DNA of 64,000 bases. Source: Bacteroidales bacterium. GTDB lineage: Bacteria; Bacteroidota; Bacteroidia; Bacteroidales; VadinHA17. The notes under the pieces are model-generated. The model made no database searches and had not been told where the DNA came from. It saw only the letters and a list, made by a program, of their open reading frames with translations. Below, one piece after another: positions 19,298 through 27,887 of this stretch. Position 1 is the stretch's first letter; each line of letters starts with the position of its first letter. A program made the position numbers and the translations under genes. The stretch is taken from NCBI GenBank assembly GCA_038248855.1, contig JBBRXA010000007.1:5997-69996 (forward strand), written 5' to 3'.

Positions 19298-20626
19298 ATG
19301 GGTAAGAATAATATCGAGAAATTTGATTTTTTTTATCATCTTCTCAGATCATATGTTGGCTTCTGGCATAACTATATATACTACCGGAAAGTCATTGTCT
19401 TCGGCAAAGAACACATAGACTGGTCAGTACCGAACATTTTCGCCCCGAATCACCAGAATGCCCTCATGGATGCTCTTGCAGTACTGTGCACCCTGAGGAA
19501 ACAGCTCATTTTTCTTGCCCGGGCAGATATTTTCAAAAAGAAATTTGTCGCACGCATCCTGTATGCTTTCAAGATGCTGCCGGTATTCAGGATCAGGGAC
19601 GGTTACGAAAACCTGAAACAGAACGACGACACCTTCCATGACACTTACAGGGTCATGCAGCACCACACCGGCATAGCCATTCTGCCTGAAGGCAACCATG
19701 CAGGCTTCAGAAGGCTCCGCCAGCTGAAGAAGGGCATATGCCGAATCGCCTTCCAGGCCGGGGAGACATCTGATTTTAAGATGGATGTTAAAATAGTTCC
19801 GGTAGGACTTGAATTTTCGCACTACTGGCTTTTCAGGCAGGTGCTTACGGTGGTCTACGGTCACCCAATATCCGTTTCGGAGTATTATGACACATACAGG
19901 GAGAATCCGACGAAGGGTCTTCTGGAACTTCGCGACAGACTCTCTCTGGAGCTGAAAAAAGTGATGGTGCATATTGAGGACGAGGAGGATTATGAGGCAA
20001 TTGACGAACTCAGAAGCATCATAAACGGGAAATACAGCGACAGCATTCGCTACCCCAAGCTTTTTCGTGACAACAGGCTTATCAGCAAGGTAAATGAACT
20101 CCGCATGATTAATCCTGAAGAATACCGCATAGTATGTGATGAGAGCCTGAATGTCAGGGATCTGTCTGCCAGACTGAAGCTCACTTACCGGCAGCTGAAC
20201 AAGAAAAAGCATCCTCTGGGGTGGCTTGTTGCAGCTTCCCTGTTTCTGTTTGCCACCCTTCCGGTTTTTCTTGCCGGCTCCCTTCTCAACTTTGTAATTT
20301 TCCAGGTACCTGCCATTCAGGCTCTCAAGATGAAGGACAAGGCATTCATCAGCACGGCCAGGTACGGCATTACTCTAGGATTAAGTTTCATCATCGTGCC
20401 GCTTTACATTGTCGTGGCATTTGTCTTCATCAGGCCCTGGTGGATGGCCCTTGCCGCTTTTCTGGCCGTGCCCGTTCTGGGGATCCTTGCATGGAACTGG
20501 ATCTTGCTTGTGCGAAGAACAGTGGGCGGGCTCAGGATATGGGATTTTAAACGTAAGAAAAACCGCCATTATATCGAACTGCAAAATACTTTTGACGACC
20601 TGAAGCTAAGAATGGGAAGAATTTAA
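19298..20626 (+). CDS. Membrane-anchored glycerolipid acyltransferase (PlsC/GPAT superfamily)
   Basis: 442 aa with APNHQNALMD and LPEGNH acyltransferase blocks. C-terminal hydrophobic helices (WLVAASLFLFATLPVFLAGSLL, ITLGLSFIIVPLYIVVAFVFI, LAAFLAVPVLGILAW). Confidence 0.8.
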   Translation: MGKNNIEKFDFFYHLLRSYVGFWHNYIYYRKVIVFGKEHIDWSVPNIFAPNHQNALMDALAVLCTLRKQLIFLARADIFKKKFVARILYAFKMLPVFRIRDGYENLKQNDDTFHDTYRVMQHHTGIAILPEGNHAGFRRLRQLKKGICRIAFQAGETSDFKMDVKIVPVGLEFSHYWLFRQVLTVVYGHPISVSEYYDTYRENPTKGLLELRDRLSLELKKVMVHIEDEEDYEAIDELRSIINGKYSDSIRYPKLFRDNRLISKVNELRMINPEEYRIVCDESLNVRDLSARLKLTYRQLNKKKHPLGWLVAASLFLFATLPVFLAGSLLNFVIFQVPAIQALKMKDKAFISTARYGITLGLSFIIVPLYIVVAFVFIRPWWMALAAFLAVPVLGILAWNWILLVRRTVGGLRIWDFKRKKNRHYIELQNTFDDLKLRMGRI

Positions 20627-21429
20627 TGATGGAAAAATTTTTTTCAGACAGGGTTGTCTGGGTGACAGGAGCATCATCAGGGATAGGTGAAGCGCTGGTA
20701 TACGCTTTTGTAAGAGGCGGAAGCAGGGTGATTGCCTCGTCAAACAATCCCGTGGAGCTTGCCCGGGTGGCTGAAAAATGCACGGCGATGCCAGGCAGCA
20801 TCACTACGGTAGCCTTCGACCTGGCTGACACCTCGGGAATTGAAAAGACCGTGGCCACGGTTATTGAAAAAGAAGGAAAGATAGATATACTCCTGAATAT
20901 CGGTGGCGTGAGCCAGAGGGCCCTGATTAGGGAAACCCCGCTCTCACTTGACCGGCGGATCATGGAGATAAATTACTTCGGTACCGTGGCGCTTGCCAAA
21001 GCGGTGCTGCCGTATATGATAAGTAAAGGCGGAGGTCAGATTGCGGCCACAAGTTCAATATCAGGCCGCTTCGGTTTTCCCCTGAGGTCAGCCTATTCAG
21101 CATCCAAACACGCACTTCACGGGTTTTTCGAGACCCTGCTCCTGGAACACCGACGTGACAATATTAGAGTTTCTGTCATCATTCCCGGGAGGGTCAGAAC
21201 CTCAATATCTGTGCATGCCCTCACCGCATCAGGTGCAGAGCACGGTAAGATGGATGAGGGACAGGCAGGAGGCATCACAGCGGAGAAAGCGGCAGAGCAG
21301 ATAATAAGGGGACTGAAACGGAACAGGCGTGAGATACTAGTGGGCAGCACGGAGCTGCTCATGCTGGGGATAAGAAAGTATCTGCCGGCGCTGTTTTTCA
21401 GGATGGCAGGCCGAATGAAACCAATGTAA
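20626..21429 (+). CDS. SDR-family oxidoreductase (DHRS7/11beta-HSD1-like subfamily)
   Basis: VTGASSGIGEAL Rossmann motif and catalytic SAYSASK. The start overlaps the upstream stop (TAATG). Confidence 0.85.
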   Translation: MMEKFFSDRVVWVTGASSGIGEALVYAFVRGGSRVIASSNNPVELARVAEKCTAMPGSITTVAFDLADTSGIEKTVATVIEKEGKIDILLNIGGVSQRALIRETPLSLDRRIMEINYFGTVALAKAVLPYMISKGGGQIAATSSISGRFGFPLRSAYSASKHALHGFFETLLLEHRRDNIRVSVIIPGRVRTSISVHALTASGAEHGKMDEGQAGGITAEKAAEQIIRGLKRNRREILVGSTELLMLGIRKYLPALFFRMAGRMKPM

Positions 21430-21443
21430 ATCAGTAAATTGTG

Positions 21444-22520
21444 ATGAAAGGTTATAATATCAACGGCATACAACAAATGGGGGTCGGGGTTGCTGATCTC
21501 CGGAAGGCGTGGGCATGGTACATCGGCGCCTTCGGAATGGACTGCCCGATTTTTGAGGAAGAGGCAGAGGCAAAGCTCATGCTCCCCTACACCGGAGGAA
21601 AGCCGAGGAGCAGGCATGCCGTTCTGGCAATGAATCTTCAGAGCGGTGGCGGATTCGAGGTGTGGCAGTACAAAGGCCGCGAGCCGCAATACAGCAAGAA
21701 GGAGATAAAAGCCGGCGACCTTGGCATCTTTTCATGCAAGATGAAGGTGAGGGATGTCGAATCGGCATATAAGAACTTTTTAAAGTCCGGGGTCACCGTA
21801 CTGGGGGCCCCTTCCCCGGATCCCTCGGGAAAAATGAGCTTTTTCATCAGTGATCCTTTCGGAAACATTTTCCATATGGTGGAAGGAAAGGACTGGCTGA
21901 TGAATCTGAAAAAAGACTCCGGAGGTTCATACGGTGCCCTAATCGGCGTTTCAGATATTGAAAAGGCGATGGGACTCTACTCCGGCATACTGGGTTACAA
22001 CAGTGTAATCTATGACAGTACCGGAAAATTCGACGACTTCGCATCCGTTCCCGGGGGAGAGGGTACATTCAGGCGCGTGATGCTGGCCCCGTCGACACCC
22101 TTTCACGGCGGATTCAGCCCGCTGCTCGGACAGAGCGTCATCGAGCTGGTAGAGTCAAGAGACAGGAAAGGCACAAAAATATTTGAGGGAAGATACTGGG
22201 GTGATCCGGGATTCATACATCTGTGCTATGATATCAGTGGAATGGATAACCTCCGGAAGCACTGCATAAATGCAGGATTCCCCTTTACTGTCGACAGCCA
22301 GAAGAGCCACGAGGGAGACAGCTTCGACATGGGTGAGGCAGCGGGTCATTTTGCCTATATCGAGGACCCTGACGGCACACTTATAGAGTTCGTTGAAACG
22401 CATAAGGTAGCCATTCTTAAAAAGCTTGGGTGGTATCTTGACATGCGTAAGAGAAATCCTCACAAGCCGCTTCCGCTGTGGATGATCAGAACTCTGAAAT
22501 ATTCCAGGGTTAAGGGATAG
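21444..22520 (+). CDS. VOC (glyoxalase/bleomycin-resistance/dioxygenase) family protein, multi-domain
   Basis: 359 aa with repeated beta-alpha-beta-beta-beta modules (GIQQMGVGVADL..., YGALIGVSDIEKA..., FIHLCYDISGMD...YIEDPDGTLIEFVE). ATG 21444 is preferred over GTG 21441. Confidence 0.7.
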   Translation: MKGYNINGIQQMGVGVADLRKAWAWYIGAFGMDCPIFEEEAEAKLMLPYTGGKPRSRHAVLAMNLQSGGGFEVWQYKGREPQYSKKEIKAGDLGIFSCKMKVRDVESAYKNFLKSGVTVLGAPSPDPSGKMSFFISDPFGNIFHMVEGKDWLMNLKKDSGGSYGALIGVSDIEKAMGLYSGILGYNSVIYDSTGKFDDFASVPGGEGTFRRVMLAPSTPFHGGFSPLLGQSVIELVESRDRKGTKIFEGRYWGDPGFIHLCYDISGMDNLRKHCINAGFPFTVDSQKSHEGDSFDMGEAAGHFAYIEDPDGTLIEFVETHKVAILKKLGWYLDMRKRNPHKPLPLWMIRTLKYSRVKG

Positions 22521-22532
22521 GACAAAATTAGG

Positions 22533-22574
22533 AATTCGCAATTCGCAAATTCGTCAAATTCGTCAAATTCGTCA
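22533..22574. repeat. Short tandem repeat, five imperfect copies of AATTCG(T)CA
   Basis: Reads aattcgca attcgca aattcgtca aattcgtca aattcgtca. The last copy contains the dipeptidase stop codon. On the minus strand this is TGACGAATT x3, giving three in-frame TGA codons. Confidence 0.85.
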
Positions 22575-23771
22575 AATTTTTTCCGACCCTGCAGCAGCCA
22601 TGACCCTCATCACGTTGCCTCCCCATATCTTCGCAATGTCTTCATTGCTGTAGCCTCTGCGGATAAGCTCCTTCGTGATATTCTTCATCATTGAAACGTC
22701 TGTGCATCCCTCGATGCCGCCTCCACCGTCAAAGTCCGAGCCGATACCCACATAGTCCACCCCAATGACATCTACCACATGCTGAATATGGTTGACAGCG
22801 TCAGCCACCGTGGCCAGCGTGGTGTATTTCTCCCTCAGGACTGAAAACTCGCTCCAGCGCTGTTCCTGCTGTGCTTCTGTAAGTTCTCCCATAGCCTTCC
22901 ATTTCCCGCGTAGCTCCTTAACCTTTTCATCGAATTCAGAATTTGGCTCAGGCTGTTTCAGGTAGTCACTGAGGATGCATATCTGTATCACACCGCCGTT
23001 TTTCTTCAGTGCCAGGAGCATATCATCATTCAGGTTGCGGGGACTCTCACATAGAGCCCGGCAGGACGAATGTGAAGCTATGACGGGTGATTTGGTGATC
23101 GCGAGGACATCATAGAAAGACTGGTCGGAGATGTGCGACACATCAACCATCATTCCTATTCTGTTCATCTCCCTGACAACCTCCTCACCGAAGGGGGAAA
23201 GACCTTGATGTTCCGGGCCAGCTGGGTCAGTGGATGAATCGCATATGTCATTGTTTGCCGAATGGCAGAGGGTTATGTACCTGGCACCCAGGTCATAATA
23301 CTGTTTCACTTTTGAAATGTCAAGTCCTATCGGGTAACCGTTCTCGATTCCGATGAACGCAGCTATCCTGCCTTCAGCCTTCAGTCCTGAGGCATCTGCC
23401 GGGGTAAGGGCCAGCCCGGCCATCTGCGGATAACGTGCAACACTTTTGAGGATGGAATCGAAAGTTACCAGGGTATTCTGGTGTTCTATGGCGAAAGCTT
23501 CAGGTGTTCTGGGGCCCTGTCCGATGAAAATTGCAAAAAACTCCGCATCCAGACCACCTTCCTTCATCCTCGGAAAATCGACGCAACCATTGTCGTTGCG
23601 CGCTCCAAGGTCGTATCCGTTACGGGTGAGCCTCATAGGAGTATCACAGTGTGTATCAACGGTGAGCATATTCATGTGAAGCTTGTCAGCCTTGCGGTCA
23701 ATCTTCTCTTCGTTATTGAGACACCCGGCAGTAAGTCCGGCAACGGTCAGCAGCATAAGTAACAATTTCAT
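22572..23771 (-). CDS. Membrane dipeptidase (peptidase M19), lipoprotein
   Basis: 399 aa with lipobox LTAGC and VDTHCDT, DVSH and GSDFDG metal-binding motifs. Confidence 0.88.
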   Translation of the reverse strand: MKLLLMLLTVAGLTAGCLNNEEKIDRKADKLHMNMLTVDTHCDTPMRLTRNGYDLGARNDNGCVDFPRMKEGGLDAEFFAIFIGQGPRTPEAFAIEHQNTLVTFDSILKSVARYPQMAGLALTPADASGLKAEGRIAAFIGIENGYPIGLDISKVKQYYDLGARYITLCHSANNDICDSSTDPAGPEHQGLSPFGEEVVREMNRIGMMVDVSHISDQSFYDVLAITKSPVIASHSSCRALCESPRNLNDDMLLALKKNGGVIQICILSDYLKQPEPNSEFDEKVKELRGKWKAMGELTEAQQEQRWSEFSVLREKYTTLATVADAVNHIQHVVDVIGVDYVGIGSDFDGGGGIEGCTDVSMMKNITKELIRRGYSNEDIAKIWGGNVMRVMAAAGSEKI

Positions 23772-23879
23772 TTAATAAGAATTTAGCAATCGTAAAGATA
23801 ACTGATTGGCTGACCGCTGTTATGACTGCAGGAGCAATATTAACTTAAAAAACGTTAAGAAACGATTGGCATGGGACAG

Positions 23880-23913
23880 CAAAAGCCCCGTCCGCCAATT
23901 GGCGGGCCGGGGC
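23880..23913 (-). terminator. Palindromic hairpin, likely the lysE terminator
   Basis: GCCCCG.CCGCCAATTGGCGG.CGGGGC (23885-23913) followed on the minus strand by CTTTTG. The core CCGCCAATTGGCGG is a perfect 14-bp palindrome. Confidence 0.5.
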
Positions 23914-24035
23914 AGCCATGAAAAGAATGAAAAATTGCTTTTGGACAGTAAAAGCACAGTAAAATTAACATTTTAAAGTTGTGAAAACAAGAAAAATAAC
24001 GGCGATTTAAAACTTCCAGCCTTCAGAAATGGAAA

Positions 24036-24683
24036 TCAGTACCTGACAGAGATGAAAAGGGTTAACAGGACCATTATTCCAATTATAATTATGAATGCAC
24101 CTGTGAAACGTGTGAGAAGGACAATATTCCTCAGTCTCATAGTGCGGCTGAAACGGCTTACCGTATAACTGAATACCAGCCACCACGCTGATGCACCAGT
24201 GAAGATGCCAGTGACAATTATCAGCGGGATCAGGTACCAGGGACCGGAGAAACTTACATTCATCCCCGGAAACATAGCAAGAAATATGAATATCGAAAAG
24301 GGATTGGTCAGCGCAAGACCGAATACCGAAAAGAAATCCTGGGCCGGCGTGCCCTGTATGTCCTCACGAACTCTTCTGCGGATATCCCCTACCGGATTCG
24401 AGAGGAAAAGCTTCAGCCCAATCGAGGCCACAAGCAGACCAGCAACAAGCTTAATCCAGAAAGCCTCTTCATTGATAAAGCCAATAATGAAAGAAAATCC
24501 GAGTCCCGCAATGATTGCAAAAATTGTATCGGCAGCCGCTACCCCCATACCTGTCATGAATCCGGAAAAATGTCCCTTGCGAAGGGTGCGGTTGATCATA
24601 AGCATGGCATTGGGCCCCGGAGGTGCCGAAACACTCAGGCCCATTATGAAACTCTTAAAAAACAGTAACAGTGCCGGAAACAT
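24036..24683 (-). CDS. LysE/RhtB-family amino-acid exporter
   Basis: 215 aa with six hydrophobic helices and an N-terminal ...GLSVSAPPGPNAMLMI motif typical of LysE translocators. Confidence 0.85.
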   Translation of the reverse strand: MFPALLLFFKSFIMGLSVSAPPGPNAMLMINRTLRKGHFSGFMTGMGVAAADTIFAIIAGLGFSFIIGFINEEAFWIKLVAGLLVASIGLKLFLSNPVGDIRRRVREDIQGTPAQDFFSVFGLALTNPFSIFIFLAMFPGMNVSFSGPWYLIPLIIVTGIFTGASAWWLVFSYTVSRFSRTMRLRNIVLLTRFTGAFIIIIGIMVLLTLFISVRY

Positions 24684-24724
24684 ATACTTACTCCCCTTAA
24701 AGTGGGCAAATATAATAAATTATA

Positions 24725-24732
24725 TATTTTTG
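24725..24732 (+). promoter_or_regulatory. Candidate -7 box (TATTTTTG) in the 59-bp lysE/EamA divergent spacer
   Basis: TAnnTTTG match only 11 nt upstream of ATG 24743. This would imply a near-leaderless transcript. Confidence 0.25.
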
Positions 24733-24742
24733 GCCTGCACAT

Positions 24743-25360
24743 ATGAAAAGATCCGGAGAAATCGAAAGTTCCCTTGCCGGCATGCTGAATTCGCTCTCGC
24801 CGGTATTTACCCTGATAGTGGGTGCGCTCTTTTACTCGCGCAGGATTAAGCCGCTTCAAACTGCAGGTGTTGCGCTTGGCCTGCTGGGAGCACTCGGGCT
24901 GCTCTACCAGGGTTCATTAATCTTTAATTTCTATGGTCTCTTCGTGATTCTGGCAACCCTGCTATACGGAATAAGTGCAAACGAAATAGGAACACTGAAA
25001 GGCATAAGCGGGTTCGCAATAATGTCACTGGCATTCTTTTTTATCGGACCCATTGCAGGCGTCGTGCTGGCATTCTCAGACCTTCCGTCGTCATTCAGAT
25101 CCGAAGGATGGCAGATCAATCTTGCAGGCATTTTACTGCTGGCTGTGGCAGGTACCTTCCTTGCCAACAGCCTTTATTCCTTCCTCATCGTACGCAGGTC
25201 GCCGATGTATGCCGTCTCTGTGACATATCTCAGTCCCGTTGTATCCACCGGCTGGGGATTCTTCCTGCACGAGTCCGTCAGATTGTCTATGATCATTTCA
25301 ATCTCGGTGATCCTTGCCGGAGTCTATATTATCACACGCTCCGGAACTAAAAAGACTTAT
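24743..25360 (+). pseudogene. EamA/DMT transporter lacking its N-terminal ~3 helices and its own stop codon
   Basis: The ORF starts within what aligns to helix 4 of the first EamA repeat (SSLAGMLNSLSPVFTLIVGALFYSRRIKPLQTAGVALGLLG), then carries a complete second repeat. No upstream coding sequence is available, because the lysE start is 59 bp away. It reads in frame into the next gene. Confidence 0.5.
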
Positions 25361-26140
25361 ATGAGAACACATGTTTTAATAATTCTGGCAATATTGACAG
25401 GCATAGCCTCATCCTGCATAATGATCGGCAACTGCGTAGACGGTAACGGCAATACAATCACTGAGGAGAGGACTGTGGCCTCTTTCACTTCGGTCTCCAA
25501 CGAGACATCCTTTGAGGTGTTCTACAGGCGCAGTGACGTTGTTTCAGTGACGGTGGAAGCTGAGAGCAATATCATTCCTTACATTGAGACCGACGTTCAC
25601 AGCGGGTCCCTCGAAATAAGGACAACCAGGGGAACACGGTGCATAGATTATACTGTAAAACCGGTAATTGTTGTCACGTCGCCCTTTGTAGACGAGTTGG
25701 TCAATGCCGGATCAGGCGATATCATAGCCGGACCGCTGGAGGGTGAGGAGGTGCGGATAATAGTCAGCGGATCAGGTGATATAGTAACAGGATCTGTCTC
25801 ATGTACCACGTCAAATCTTATAATTTCCGGGTCGGGTGAACTGAAGACGGGAGCAATGGAGGCTGATGACGTTAAAGTAACAATGTCCGGTTCAGGGAAC
25901 CTGGAGACGAGCGGCAACACTCTCACTGCAAGGTACGTTCTTTCAGGATCAGGAATTCTTTTCGCCGAAAATCTGGTTACCGATGATGCCAATGTTACAA
26001 TCTCCGGGTCAGGATCAGTGTATACTACAATTTTACAGTCACTTGATGCGGTGCTCAGCGGCAGCGGAAACATATATCTTTACGGTGATCCTGATGTAAG
26101 CGTCAGTCGTACGGGATCAGGAAAGGTCATCAATCTCTAA
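25361..26140 (+). CDS. DUF2807 (GIN-domain, beta-helix) lipoprotein
   Basis: Own ATG plus lipoprotein signal MRTHVLIILAILTGIASSC. Periodic SGSG(D/E/N) turns about every 20 aa, typical of DUF2807. Confidence 0.75.
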   Translation: MRTHVLIILAILTGIASSCIMIGNCVDGNGNTITEERTVASFTSVSNETSFEVFYRRSDVVSVTVEAESNIIPYIETDVHSGSLEIRTTRGTRCIDYTVKPVIVVTSPFVDELVNAGSGDIIAGPLEGEEVRIIVSGSGDIVTGSVSCTTSNLIISGSGELKTGAMEADDVKVTMSGSGNLETSGNTLTARYVLSGSGILFAENLVTDDANVTISGSGSVYTTILQSLDAVLSGSGNIYLYGDPDVSVSRTGSGKVINL

Positions 26141-26165
26141 ACAAAAGCGTTTTTTCAAGTACTTT

Positions 26166-26185
26166 CCCCTCCTTTTCAGGAGGGG
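26166..26185. terminator. Hairpin between convergent DUF2807 and rng genes
   Basis: CCCCTCC-TTTTCA-GGAGGGG. A/T-rich flanks on both sides, so it may act bidirectionally. Confidence 0.45.
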
Positions 26186-26225
26186 TGTTCGTACGCCGGC
26201 TGGCAGACTGACGGGGTGGTAAATG

Positions 26226-27782
26226 TCAGGACAGATCTATTTCGTTTCCCTGCCTGTCAAAGAAGCGGAATTCCAGGAAGTGATGGGAAAGGCTTCCCCT
26301 AACCTTGATGCTTACCTTGTATTTTTTGTCGATTTTACCTATGAGCGAGAAGAATCCCTCGTTGAGGTAGGCAGCTACGAATGGGTGAACCGTTAAAAGG
26401 AGCTTCCGGGTCTTTACCCGTTCGAGTATCTGCACCAGCTGGCGTTCAATGTCATCGGTAAGGAGCACAGTGGGACCGATCTTGCCTTCACCGCGGCAGA
26501 CCGGGCACTTTTCGTCAGTACTGATGCTCATCTCCGGCCTGACTCGCTGCCGGGTGATCTGCATAAGACCGAACTTACTGAGAGGCAGTATGTTGTGCTT
26601 AGCCCTGTCTTCAGCCATCAGGTCTTTCATCTTTTCAAACAGTATCTGCCTGTTCTCATTCGACTGCAGGTCAATGAAGTCGATTACGATAATCCCGCCC
26701 ATATCCCTGAGGCGCAACTGCCGTGCTATTTCACGGGCAGCCTCCATGTTTACCGAGAGAGCATTGGCTTCCTGGTCATTGCCCGACTTCGACCTGTTAC
26801 CGCTGTTCACATCGACCACGTGCAGCGCTTCAGTATGCTCGATAATAAGGTATGATCCTCCCTTGAACGAAATAGTGCGGCCAAACAAGCCTTTGATCTG
26901 CCTGCTGACACCGAAGTGATCGAAAATGGGAATCTGATCCTTGTATACCTTTACAATCTTTTCCTTATCCGGCGCAATTTCCCTCAGATAACTGCGCAGG
27001 TCGTCAGCCATCACCTCATCATCGGTAACAATATTGCTGAAATCGGGATTAAGTATATCCCTCAGGATAGTGGTTGTGCGGTTTCTCTCTCCCACCAGCA
27101 GTTTCGGTGTCTTAGTCTCCTTGTGGATGGTGAGGAGCGCTGTCTCCCAGCGGCTTACAAGCTCCTTGAGCTCTACGTCAAGTACCGCAACCTTTTTTCC
27201 TTCTGCTACCGTCCGGACGATCACTCCGTAGTTCTTCGGCTTGATGCTCTGAATGAGGAGTTTCAATCGATTCCTTTCGTCGGCGTTCTCTATCTTTGAA
27301 GAGACTGAGACCTTATCGGAAAAAGGCATCAGAACCAGATTGCGCCCTGCGATGGACACTTCAGAGGCCAGCCTGGGCCCTTTGGTCGAGATGGGTTCCT
27401 TTGTTATCTGCACAATTACCGTCTGACCGGTGGTCAGTACGTCGGAAATCTTTCCATCCTTGTCGATGTCAGGCTCCGGTTTGAACTTCGAGACCGGGGT
27501 TAGCTTGCCCTTGTTCTGCGTTGCCAGGCTGTAATAATGGTGGAGGGTCTTAAACTGTGCCCCGAGGTCCAGGTAGTGAAGAAAGGCATCTTTTTCAAAT
27601 CCAACATTAATGAACGCTGCATTCAATCCCGGCATTATCTTCTTTACCTTTCCGAGATAAATATCACCTACCGAAAACTGTACGTTACGCTTCTCCTTAT
27701 TCAGTTCAACAAGCTGCTTCTCTTCAAGTAACGCTATAGATATCTCAGAATCACTTACACTGATTATTAAATCCTTACTCAC
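26226..27782 (-). CDS. rng: Ribonuclease G/E family (Rne/Rng)
   Basis: 518 aa with an S1 domain (GDIYLGKVKKIMPGLNAAFINVG), VVDVNSG catalytic region and CPVCRGEG zinc-link motif. Confidence 0.9.
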   Translation of the reverse strand: MSKDLIISVSDSEISIALLEEKQLVELNKEKRNVQFSVGDIYLGKVKKIMPGLNAAFINVGFEKDAFLHYLDLGAQFKTLHHYYSLATQNKGKLTPVSKFKPEPDIDKDGKISDVLTTGQTVIVQITKEPISTKGPRLASEVSIAGRNLVLMPFSDKVSVSSKIENADERNRLKLLIQSIKPKNYGVIVRTVAEGKKVAVLDVELKELVSRWETALLTIHKETKTPKLLVGERNRTTTILRDILNPDFSNIVTDDEVMADDLRSYLREIAPDKEKIVKVYKDQIPIFDHFGVSRQIKGLFGRTISFKGGSYLIIEHTEALHVVDVNSGNRSKSGNDQEANALSVNMEAAREIARQLRLRDMGGIIVIDFIDLQSNENRQILFEKMKDLMAEDRAKHNILPLSKFGLMQITRQRVRPEMSISTDEKCPVCRGEGKIGPTVLLTDDIERQLVQILERVKTRKLLLTVHPFVAAYLNEGFFSLIGKIDKKYKVSIKVRGSLSHHFLEFRFFDRQGNEIDLS

Positions 27783-27828
27783 ATTCCGGAATTTAAATAT
27801 TATGGCTTAAGCCTGTCTAAAATGCAAC

Positions 27829-27857
27829 TAACCTAAAGACTCCCAGGCCTTTAGGTT
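27829..27857 (-). terminator. Hairpin downstream of the HU/bS22-like pair
   Basis: AACCTAAAG/CTTTAGGTT 9-bp stem with an 11-nt loop. Only a weak T-tract follows (AGTTGCATTTTAG). Confidence 0.4.
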
Positions 27858-27887
27858 AGATTCAGATGTTCAGACTATGCATTACTG

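Noticed and set aside
19424-20212. 262-aa minus-strand ORF
   Set aside because: It lies entirely antisense to the acyltransferase gene, which has clear family motifs. The translated sequence has no motifs and an odd composition, typical of a shadow ORF in a mid-GC genome.
23918-23962. 14-codon mini-ORF (MKRMKNCFWTVKAQ) in the long spacer
   Set aside because: It has no promoter or translation context or conservation evidence that I can assess. It lies on the strand opposite to both neighbouring genes and is probably chance.
24199-24849. 216-aa plus-strand ORF that might have supplied the missing EamA N-terminus
   Set aside because: It is in a different frame from the EamA ORF and antisense to lysE. 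The product is hydrophilic and Ser/Pro/Arg-rich, with no TM helices, so it is not the missing transporter half.
25650-26100. Regularly spaced SGSG motifs resembling a repeat array
   Set aside because: The periodicity is at the protein level (beta-helix turns of DUF2807), with divergent DNA between the motifs. It is not a CRISPR array or a DNA tandem repeat.
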